The notes below the pieces were generated by a model, which made no database searches, was not told where the DNA came from, and was given only the letters and a program-made list of their open reading frames with translations. Below are positions 36,641 to 48,600 of a stretch of 64,000 nucleotides of DNA, piece by piece. Each line of letters begins with the position of its first letter. The stretch's first letter is position 1. Source of the stretch: Laetmonice hystrix (taxonomy: Eukaryota); contig OZ249443.1 in assembly GCA_965235115.1 (NCBI GenBank), positions 2,418,001-2,482,000 on the forward strand. The letters run 5' to 3'. The translations under genes were made by a program, and so were the position numbers.

Positions 36641-39600
36641 ATGGAGTCGCGTGACCTAGGTGAGAGAAGTAATAGATATCAAGTTAATGTTCCTGTAAGG
36701 GCTATGGATCACATGTTACAAATTATGTATTACATCTTTAATTTATGCTGACTATCACAGAGATTACCTTGGTATTATCAAGATTACCTCCCTAATCTCA
36801 GCTGGAATGGCAACCCCAAGTTAATGTTGAGGTGTATGCTATAAGGAAGTCATTGACTGTCTTTAGAAGGTGCTCCGGCAGCAGGTGTTCGATACATCTC
36901 GGAGGAACTGATTCAGAAAGTCTCCAAACAAAACCACATCGAGATGATTACTACTCTCAACCTCACTCTCAGTAAGGAGGGAGGGAAAAAAATAAAGGTA
37001 ACTTTATTTTTATAGTACTTATTGCAACTAAACATGTTTTATTTTAAGAAGTGTCTACAAGCACTTCATTTCTGTGACATCTGTGGTATGTTGCTTGGAA
37101 GTGGAAGGAGGTTAAAACAAAACATATGTATTATCAAAAAGTTATTATTAACATAAATCAGTCAAAAGGCACAGTTTTTAATGACTGAAATTTTACAGTT
37201 AGATGGAAGGTAGGCATTTAAATACAGTGTTTGTGTTGGACTGTTGGTAGGTCTCCCATGATAACATTCTTGAATATTTGGTGAAAAAAAACTAAAAATT
37301 TGTCAACATTTTAAACCTCAATCCTATCTCTGTCCCTGGCCTGTACCCTAAATCTCATGGTAATGGTAACATCAGAGAATAGCCATTGTTTGTTATCATA
37401 GTTCATAGAAAACCTTGAGAAGCTGAAGAAGTTGCAGACTCTAAACCTGAGCTGTAACATGATTGAGAAGATGGAGAGATTGGACAAGCTGACCAAGCTG
37501 CGAGAGCTCAACCTGTCGTATAACTTGATATCACGGATTGAAGGCATTGAGACACTTACCTCTCTACAGGTGAGTCACGTGGTGTGCGGGCGTGTACAGG
37601 TCAGTCACTAATATATGACCATAATTGTTTTTTTTAATTTGATATAATGATTTTATGCCTTTAAATGACAGGAACCTGGTTTGTTTTACTCTCCTCGTAG
37701 ATCTTAAATCTGACTGGGAACACAATAGAACACATTCCAATATGGCTGGCCAAAAAGCTGAAGTCATTGAGATCATTTAGGATAGCTAAGAATAATATCC
37801 AGTCGGTGAGTATATTTAACCTGCTCTAATCTTGTGGTGCTCGAGATCATATCATACAAAATTGTATTTTGTTTATAACCATTGCTGAACTGGAGAACAT
37901 TCTCCTTCAATTTAATTTTTGGTCATATTTTTCTGTGAAACATACATGATCAAATGGTCCCTGAGAGTTAACAAAAATAGCATACATCTCAACTGTAACC
38001 ATTATACATTGACAGCTGAGCGAGTTGTCGAAGCTGCGGACATTAAAAGATCTGATGACATTAACAACAGCCGAGAACCCAGTGTGTCAACTTCCCCATT
38101 GCCGCCTGTTTCTGGTGTTTCACCTGAGAACAGTGGAAACCCTGGACGGTCAGCCGATTGATTCGGATGAACGTACGACAGCGCAGGCTCGATTTGCTCA
38201 AGGTACAACTTCAACTAGAGGAAAATAGTGACTGATATTTTCTCTGTTCCTGACAGGTGGATATAGTTGTCTTTAACTGAGGGCTGGACGGAAAGATGGA
38301 ATACAAGATCTAAAATAAAATACTATAGCAGCCCCAAATTAATACTGACATTAAACAAGATCTGTTCAGTGTTGGTTGTAGAGCCGATAACTTGATCAAA
38401 ATGAGATGTCCCAGTTAGTTTTGCAGTGTAGTCCTTCCCGTGTATTGTACAGAGCAGCGAGAGCTGTACCTGTTTATTTGAGAGTTCTGTGGTGTATCCT
38501 TACGTTCCGTGTTTGTACAGAGCAGCGAGAGCTGTACCTGTTTATTTGAGAGTTCTGTGGTGTATCCTTACGTTCCGTGTGTTGTACAGAGCAGCGAGAG
38601 CTGTACCTGTTTATTTGAGAGTTCCGTGGTGTATCCTTACGTTCCGTGTGTTGTACAGAGCAGCGAGAGCTGTACCTGTTTATTTGAGAGTTCTGTGGTG
38701 TATCCTTACGTTCCGTGTGTTGTACAGAGCAGGGAGAGCTGTATCTGTTTATTTGAGAGTTCTGTGGTGTATCCTTACGTTCCGTGTATTGTACAGAGGA
38801 GATTGACCACCTGGAGCATGAACTGGAGCAGCGAGAGCTGGAGATGCAAGTTCTCCAAGAGGACCACAACCGTTCCATGCAGGAGGTGGAGAACAACTTC
38901 CAACGAGAGTTAGAGCGACAGGAGAAGCTCAAACAGACCGGGGCACGGCTCAAGGAGCTTCAGCGAGAGCTTGACACAAAGAATGACATGGTAGGGGTAT
39001 TACACCTGTCAGGGTCCCGATGACAAAGTTCTGGGCATCTAGGGATTCTCAAACAACTGATTTGTAGAAAATGCCATGTACAAAATGATATTTTTCATCA
39101 TTTTTCATGATTTCTTTTTCACATATTAATATATTTCTAGCTGAAGAAGAGAACGAGAGAACTAACCCGTGCATGTGAGAAACACTACGAGTTGGAACAA
39201 GAACTTGCCTTTTATAAAATCGACCACAAGTTTGAGACCCTTGGCCGGGTGCCAACACCAGAGAGTGGGGTATGTTACACATGATAATGTTTTACCATGA
39301 GTGGGTGTGGATTCTGGGCTAGGATAAAGTATGATCATATCAGTTTGATCATCTCATCCATAGTTTATGGTTTTATGGATTTTATTATATATTTTATGTC
39401 ATTATGTTATTTTATTATAATATTTTCTGGTATTTTATGTAATTTTACATCTCTTCATGACAGAGTCAAGAGGAGGACGCGAGAGAAGAGAGTCCATACA
39501 TCGGCAAGGGTCGCTTCAAAAAGAATCAGTTGGCCCGGGAGGGTAGAATTGCTGGGGCTCAGCAGGCCCAGGCTGGGGTCATAGGTCAGGGTGGGGGTGT

Positions 39601-42600
39601 GGATGAAGGGGGGAGACAACACCTACATGAGGAGCTCGACCACGAGCTGGACGAGAAACGAGCTGCTATTCTCTCAGGTGAGTCTCAGATAGACATTATG
39701 AATCATTTATTTAATGTGAGGTTTTGTTTAAATTCTGGAGCACAATTAATGTTTTGATTGAGGTTTATGTTGATCTGTTGTTTTTAAGGTCCACAAATCT
39801 TTCATCATATTCTCATGTAATAAGTTTACCCTTTCGATTCAGCCCAGGACAAGTTAAAGAGGCTTCATGACGAGTTGCAGCAAACTGAGGGTCAGATTGG
39901 TCGAGCGTCAGAAGAATTAGAACGGATTGTCAAATCGCAGCCACCACAGGCAATTTCAGAGGAAGCCAAGGAAGTAGTGAGGGCACGGCTGGAGAGAAAA
40001 ATAGACCAGGTACAATCAGTGGCAGGTTCACGAGAAGAGAGGAAAATATATCTAACTACATGGAAGGTTGCACTGCTAGCCAATATAGAGTCGAAATAGA
40101 GAGGAGAGTAAATTATATTTGATGTTTTTTCAGGTTCATTTACTGCGGGACGAAGCAGACAAGATAGAGGAAGAAATGGAAAGGACAGAGACGGAGATAC
40201 AGCAACAGGAGCAGGAGATTGGGAACCTACGGGGGAGACTTCATGGAATGGGGTCACGGGACTCGCTCTACGTAAGTAGATATCACCGCCATGATAATGG
40301 GGTCACGGGACTCGCTCTACGTAAGTAGATATCACCGCCATGATAATGGGGTCACGGGACTTGCTCTACGTAAGCTATACGAGCTGTCTTGCCAAGCTCT
40401 AGGTATAAATTACTGTTGTTTTCACAGAGTGTCGTCAGTAAGGAAGTCGCCGACAGGGAACAACAGCTAAGTCTGACCAACCAGACTTACACTACCATGC
40501 AGCAGAAGTTGGAGGAAATGTTGACAACCATTGCCCGTGAAACTGACAATCTGAAAACACTGGAGCACGAACTTAGACAAGGTAGAGTGGAGAAAATGGC
40601 TTTTTTTAAACTTTTAAACTTTTTTTAAACCTTTATAAAAGGTTTCCCTGGTAGTTTTAAGTGTTAAGACCCCAGACTGTATAACAAGGTGAGGTGTGTG
40701 TATGTAGGTCAAGTTGAGCAGAACGATGAGATCCGTGAAGAGTTGGAAGCGATTATTGGTGGACTCCAGGATTATCTCGGGGACGTCCAGCGGAGAGCTG
40801 ACCACCAGAAACTGGACATGGACCGCCTGGTCAGGGAGCGGGAGGAGCTCCGGCAAAGATTAAACCATGCCATGGAGGAAGCAAACCGCCTCCCGCAGGC
40901 TGAGGAGGAACTTGCCAGGTTACAGGAGGTAAATATATATATACATACCTGCACATTATACATACAGAACACCACATTGATTAATCATCAGGGTACACAA
41001 AAGTCCTCACTTCTATTTGTGAGTAAATGTGAGTCGTATGGCTATAGTTACACCTTACTTAGGAAGGCGGGTCAGGACTTGGGTAATCGTCGCCCCCTGT
41101 TATTATTGTACAACACCTGGCAGGACTCTGGTAACCGTCGCCCCCTGTTATTGTTGTACAGGACTCTGGTAACCGTCGCCCCCTGTTATTGTTGTACAGG
41201 ACTCGGGTAACCGTCGCCCCCTGTTATTGTTGTACAACACCTGGCAGGACTCAGGTAACCGTCACCCCCTGTTATTGTTGTACCCGGCAGGACTCGGGTA
41301 ACCGTCGCCCCCTGTTATTGTTGTACCTGGCAGGACTCGGGTAACCGTCGCCCCCTGTTATTGTTGTACCTGGCAGGACTCGGTTAACCGTCGCCCCCTG
41401 TTATCGTTGTACCTGGCAGGACTCGGGTAACCGTCGCCCCCTGTTATTGTTGTACAGGACTCGGGTAACCTTCGCCCCCTGTTATTGTTGTACAGCACCT
41501 GGCAGGACTCGGGTAACCGTCGCCCCCTGTTATTGTTGTACCTGGCCGGACTCGGGTAACCGTCGCCCCCTGTTATTGTTGTACCTGGCAGGACTCGGGT
41601 AACCGTCGCCCCCTGTTATTGTTGTACAACACCTGGCAGGACTCGGGTAACCGTCGCTCCCTCTTATTGTTGTACCTGGCCGGACTCGGGTAACCGTCGC
41701 CCCCTGTTATTGTTGTACCTGGCCGGACTCGGGTAACCGTCGCCCCCTGTTATTGTTGTACCTGGCAGGACTCGGGTAACCGTCGCCCCCTGTTATTGTT
41801 GTACCTGGCAGGACTCGGGTAACCATCGCCCCCTGTTATTGTTGTACAGTACCTGGCAGGACTCGGGTAACCGTCGCTCCCTGTATATTGTTGTACCTGG
41901 CAGGACTCGGGTAACCGTCGCCCCCTGTTATTGTTGTACCTGGCAGGACTCGGGTAACCGTCGCTCCCTGTATATTGTTGTACCTGGCAGGACTCGGGTA
42001 ACCGTCGCCCCCTGTTATTGTTGTACCTGGCAGGACTCGGGTAACCGTCGCCCCCTGTTATTGTTGTACAACACCTGGCAGGACTCTAGTAACCGTCGCC
42101 CCCTGTTATTGTTGTACAGCACCTGGCAGGACTTGGGTAGCCGTCGCCCCCTGTTATTGTTGTACAATACCGGGCAGGACTCGGGTAACCGTCGCCCCCT
42201 GTTATTGTTGTACAACACCTGGCAGGACTCGGGTAACCGTTGCACCCTGTTATTGTTGTACCTGGCAGGACTCGGGTAACCGTCGCCCCCTGTTATTGTT
42301 GTACCTGGCAGGACTCGGGTAACCATCGCCCCCTGTTATTGTTGTACAGTACCTGGCAGGACTCGGGTAACCGTCGCTCCCTGTATATTGTTGTACCTGG
42401 CAGGACTCGGGTAACCGTCGCCCCCTGTTATTGTTGTACCTGGCAGGACTCGGGTAACCATCGCCCCCTGTTATTGTTGTACCTCGCAGGACTTGGGTAA
42501 CCGTCGCCCCCTGTTATTGTTGTACAACACCTGGCAGGACTCTAGTAACCGTCGCCCCCTGTTATTGTTGTACAGCACCTGGCAGGACTTGGGTAGCCGT

Positions 42601-45600
42601 CGCCCCCTGTTATTGTTGTACAGTACCGGGCAGGACTCGGGTAACCGTCGCCCCCTGTTATTGTTGTACAACACCTGGCAGGACTCGGGTAACCGTTGCA
42701 CCCTGTTATTGTTGCACCTGGCAGGACTCGGGTAACCGTCGCACCCTGTTATTGTTGCACCTGGCAGGACTTGGGTAGCCGTCGCCCCCTGTTATTGTTG
42801 TACAACACCTGGCAGGACTCGGGTAACCGTCGCACCCTGTTATTGTTGCACCTGGCAGGACTTGGGTAGCCGTCGCCCCCTGTTATTGTTGTACAACACC
42901 TGGCAGGACTCGGGTAACCGTCGCACCCTGTTATTGTTGCACCTGGCAGGACTCGGGTAACCGTCGCACCCTGTTATTGTTGCACCTGGCAGGACTTGGG
43001 TAACCGTCGCCCCCTGTTATTGTTGTACAACACCTGGCAGGACTCGGGTAACCGTCGCACCCTGTTATTGTTGCACCTGGCAGGACTCGGGTAACCGTCG
43101 CACCCTGTTATTGTTGCACCTGGCAGGACTTGGGTAACCGTCACCCCCTGTTATTGTTGTACAACACCTGGCAGGACTCGGGTAACCGTCGCTCCCTGTT
43201 ATTGTTGTACAGCACCTGGCAGGACTCGGGTAACCGTCGCCCCCTGTTATTGTTGTACAGTACCTGGCAGGACTCGGGTAACCGTCGCCCCCTGTTATTG
43301 TTGTACAGTACCTGGCAGGAGTCGGGTAACCGTCGCCCCCTGTTATTGTTGTACCTGGCAGGACTCGGGTAACCGTCGCCCCCTGTTATTATTGTACAGT
43401 ACCTGGCAGGACTCGGGTAACTGTCGCCCCCTGTTATTATTGTACAGCACCTGGCTGAGCTGGAGGATTCGTTGGCTGGTCAGCGTGATGCGAACACTTC
43501 ACTGACCAGACAGCTGGAGGAGACGATGCATCAGGAGGAGGAGGACACAGCTGATCTCTCGAACCAGCTGCACGATGCTCAGGGCCAGCTGGAGCGGCTT
43601 CAACGGGAACTCCGAGACCGTGAGAAACAGGCTCAGGTATGACATGAGTAGGGGAGATAGTGGCTGAGATAGGGTATGAGCCGGGTGAGCTGGGGAACTC
43701 AGGGACCATGAGAAACAGGCTCAGGTAGGACATGAGTACCTGTAGGGGAGACAGTGGCTGAGATAGGGTACGAGCCGGGTGAGCTGGGGAACTCAGGGAC
43801 CACGAGAAACAGGACATGAGTACCTGTAGGGGAGATAGTGGCTGAGATAGGGTACGAGCCGGGTGAGCTGGGGAACTCAGGGACCATGAGAAACAGGCTC
43901 AGGTAGGACATGAGTACCTGATGGGGAGATTGTGGCTGAGATAGGGTATGAGCCGGGTGAGCTGGGGAACTCAGGGACCATGAGAAACAGGCTCAGGTAG
44001 GACATGAGTACCTGTAGGGGAGATTGTGGCTGAGATAGGGTATGAGCCGGGTGAGCTGGGGAACTCAGGGACCACGAGAAACAGGCTCAGGTAGGACATG
44101 AGTATCTGTAGGGGAGATAGGGGCTGAGATAGGGTATGAGCCGGGTGAGCTGGGGAACTCAGGGACCGTGAGAAACAGGCTCAGGTAGGACATGAGTAGG
44201 GGAGATAGTGGCTGAGATAGGGTATGAGCCGGGTGAGCTGGGGAACTCAGGGACCACGAGAAACAGGCTCAGGTAGGACATGAGTAGGGGAGATAGTGGC
44301 TGAGATAGGGTATGAGCCGGGTGAGCTGGGGAACTCAAGGACCACGAGAAACAGGCAGGACATGTCAGAACATGGCATTGTGGCATGTAAAACTGTTTTA
44401 CCCTGTCAGGACCTGGATGCAATTCAGTGTTACGAAGTGTAAGGATTTCGAGATGGTCGATATTTTAATATAACCTCAAAGTCAAAAACAGCTACTTCAG
44501 GGTCAGTTGCAGGATGTAGCATGAACAGTGACTTTGAACATGATCATATAGTTACTGTGGTATCAGAGAATTAACACGTTCCTGGCTGCAGGCTGATCGG
44601 GAGACATATGAAAAACGTCTTCAAGCTGAACAGAGGAAGCAGAGGACGCTAGCTGAGCAGGCGAGAGACACTAAGAATAGAGAGGATGAACTCCGTATAC
44701 TGCATGAACAACTAGCCAAACTTCAGGTCAGACTGTGCAGGTTTTCTACCCGTACTCCATCTGAAAATACAGTGTATATATGTCGAGTGGAGCTGTTTAC
44801 CATGTATAATATACAGTATAGTATAAATAATGATTTTATGACAGGGTACAGTGTATACACATGTCGAGTGGAGCTGTTTACCGTGAAGTATAAATAATGA
44901 TTTTATGACAGGGTACAGTGTATACACATGTCGAGTGGAGCTGTTTACCGTGAAGTATAAATAATGATTTTATGACAGGGTACAGTGTATACACATGTCG
45001 AGTGGAGCTGTTTACCGTGAAGTATAAATAATGATTTTATGACAGGGTACAGTGTATACACATGTCGAGTGGAGCTGTTTACCGTGAAGTATAAATAATG
45101 ATTTTATGACAGGGTACAGTGTATACACATGTCGAGTGTAGCTGTTTACCGTGAAGTATAAATAATGATTTTATGACAGGGTACAGTGTATACACATGTC
45201 GAGTGGAGCTGTTTACCGTGAAGTATAAATAATGATTTTATGACAGGGTACAGTGTATACACATGTCGTGTGGAGCTGTTTACCATGTATAATATACAGT
45301 ATAGTATAAATACATGATTTTGTGACAGGGTACAGTGTATACACATGTCGAGTGGAGCTGTTTACCGTGAAGTATAAATAATGATTTTGTGACAGGGAAG
45401 CAATGTAGATCTACAGAATCAGTTGTACGGACACCAACAAAGACTCAAGGACCAGAAACGGCAGAACGTCACTCCGGATGATCTCAGACGACGTCTGGAT
45501 GATATCTTTAGGTCTCTCAAGGCTGGCAGGGTGCGTACAAACGTTTTATGTTTCATTTTATAGTCATTTTTCTGAGGAATTAATCAGGGTTACTTAAGAT

Positions 45601-48600
45601 GATGGCTAGGAGAATGAAACAGAAAATTAAATTGTCCTGTAAGTGAGCTTTCAATATCTCTAGATTACGATAAATGTAAGGGAGTGATTGAGAAGGTCAC
45701 GACATAGATTAATGGGTGTCCCGAGTGACCTTGACCTAGTTTGTTGTTGTGTAGGGACCTGGTGAAGGTCGGAGTAAGGAGGACCCTCATGACCGTCCTC
45801 TGGAAGACTTCCATGGCAAAGTTGCCCACGAGATGAACAGGAGTTTTCGTGAGCTGGACCGCGCCAGGAAAGCTGTAGCCAAGGTAACGACCTGATTACC
45901 TGACGTCATCGGGAGTTTTTTTTAATAAATCTAACAGGTCTAACACTGACAGCTTGCTCAGTCAGGGTCAGTGTGGAAACTTGGTGTATTTTTGGTATGC
46001 AGTGTTTGAGTGGTTTAGTTAAAGAAACATTGTTTTGTAGGCTGAGGCCGAGGCAGGAGCATTGCGAGAACGGCTAGCTGAGGCCAGTGAACAGGAACGT
46101 AAGATTGCAGACATGGCAGTCCAGGCCCAGGTATGTTTGTATCCCACCGGGACCTTTATCAAAGTAACGATCATTTCCCGATGTTAGTGTGGTGATGAAA
46201 AACTTGGAACGAGTAGTAACAATCATTTCACTGACAGAGTGGTATTAAAAAAAACTTGAAGGACTGAAAATATTTTGGTTACACGTTGCCATAGGTGGAC
46301 GGAGACCGACGGGATATGACAAGATTGGAGGAGGAGCTTGACCAGCTGAGAGATGAGCTTCACAGAGAACGGGTCAGTAGAGCTCAGGGTCAAACTTCCT
46401 GAGAAAAAAAAAATCAGGGGAAAATGATGAAACAGGAGTTGCTATCCTAACTGTTACCTCTTCAAGCAGGGATGAAAGTTTTCAGGAAATTTCCTGAAAT
46501 CAGGAAATTTGAAAAAATCCCCCCCCCCCCCAAGAAATAACACCCAAAAAAGGAAATAGGCCTAGATCTATAGGCAAAAGAGGTAGGCCTAAGCCAAGGC
46601 TAAGTATTGCCCTGGACTGTGTGGTGGGCAATTAATATCAAATGAAACAATATCCCCTTCCAGGACGTTTTTTAACACCATGCAGCTCAATATATCTCTA
46701 CCTGCCAAAGTTCGTTTATAGATGGGGATATTAGAGTGGCTCAAACCCGTCCAGTGTCACGGGTGCCACCGTGCATAGGCCGGTCTGCCGGGGGTGCTGG
46801 TCCCTGTAGCTGTGGTGACATCGCTTACATAGACCGGCCCGCGTGGGCTGACTTCTACCGGCACGCGGTGGCGTCTGTCCCGTCTGGCAGGCACGGCCCC
46901 CGTGTCGCTGTGGTGAGAGTGACTCACCTCAGGTAATGACTTCAGGCAAAATTGATGGTCAGGCAGCTGCGAAGCCCGTTGATTCAGGCTTGCCATTATG
47001 CCATATCCATGCGCGAGTTTTGCCTGAGCGCTCACTTAGTGATAGCAACGAGACTATAGACAGACCGGTCTGTCTAGTCCCGGTGATAGTGATTAGGCTG
47101 ACGAACTACGCACCATCACAATGTCACTCCTCACAGGAAACTGGGTCAATTTAGTTCTATGAATCTGCCTATATATATGTCAGTAAGTTCTCATAATGTG
47201 TTCTTGCCTATAAATTTGAGGATAGTGGCATTACGTAAGTGGTTTTCACTGAAGTTTTGGGGTTGTCAGGACTTTTCATTACATTTGTCGATCAGTGCAG
47301 GTGTCCTGATAAGACCGGAAGTGACAATTTTCACAACAACATGAGTGGCACATGGACACACGGGCTGAACCACTCGACTCAGCGAAGCCTGTGTCGCTTG
47401 GCTGAGAGCCGCTGAGGGTCGTGACTGCTGAGGGTCAAGACTGATGGACAGCCTGTGTGGTCAGTCTAACACATGGAAGCTGTTTGACAACGTAATCGGT
47501 TGCATTTTGGACGCTAAAAGCCGACTGGATTCCAATGTTGGAGAGAGACGGCAGAGCCAGGCAGAGGTTGACACTGACTGTGACTGAGTGACAGGCAACA
47601 GCCTTGAACAGGGGCATGGACTGATGAGTGATGGAGTCTATCCAGCAAATTTGCAGGGGTGGGGGGTTGAGGGGGGTGGGGGGGTGGGGGGGGGGGGGTG
47701 GTGACTAAATACTGAGGGCTAGGCCCTATAATATATAATAGCTAGGAGGCCTTATCGGATCATGATTGTCTGCTGTTCCTAGCCTGACTTTTTTTAAGGG
47801 GGGGGGGGTAAGCCTTGGATGTGCGCATGAACAAATATTAATTATGGACATTGGCCCCCGCCGCTCCCCCCCCCCCCCCCCCCCCCCCCCCGGTCAGAAT
47901 TTCAGGAAATTTTACAGCTGGCCACTTTCATCCCTGTTCAAGTGATTCCAGTTTATTATACGTAGTTCTCTGTCACATTGATCTATCGGCTTGTCAATGA
48001 AAACATATTTTGATGAACAGCCTGGTGTAATTGTTTGCAGAGAAAATCTAAAAAGGCCAAGGTAGGTGATATGTAATTGCATAGCATGTGCTGTGACTGG
48101 AGTTTGTGTGTAAAGTTTAAGTGTTAAAGTAAGTGGTTTAACAGGTATGTCTGGTAGCGTAAGGTATTGCTTTGTATTTATTGTAGGTAAAAACATCCAA
48201 GATAACTCTGCATGTGGTCTATGCTTGACGAAATTCTCTGTACGTGAGGTTCTCTCACAATCAATTTCAGCTATAAGCTGGCCTTACAAAGTTGTTTGTT
48301 CTAAAGAATTTCCCTGGAAAAAGGTGATGAGGCAGGCGGGAATTTTTTAACAAATGTTTTCCATACATGAAAAGTGGAAATGGCAGCCATCTTGAAAATG
48401 GAAGAATTTCCAGGCACAAGGTGTCATTCTGCCATGTTACCACTGAGCTTCAGTTGCCATGAATCACTTGAAATCTTTAGCATGAACCTGAACGCCATAA
48501 GTAAATGTGACCAGCTACAAACATTTCTAACCTTTACTTCATGTGTTTATGGCTTTATGGCCACTTGGTTACAATATGGATGTTATGTCATGTAGACTTC

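Noticed and set aside
41839-43372. ORFs of 60-182 aa inside tandem arrays (also 15405-16042, 28118-29319, 38474-38953, 50898, 53610)
   Set aside because: They arise from stop-free repeat units, lie in introns or intergenic DNA, and lack credible starts or domains.
46736-47154. GC-rich ORFs inside the 1470-bp TIR element as a transposase
   Set aside because: They are short (66-92 aa), with no DDE, BED-finger or hAT dimerisation motifs.
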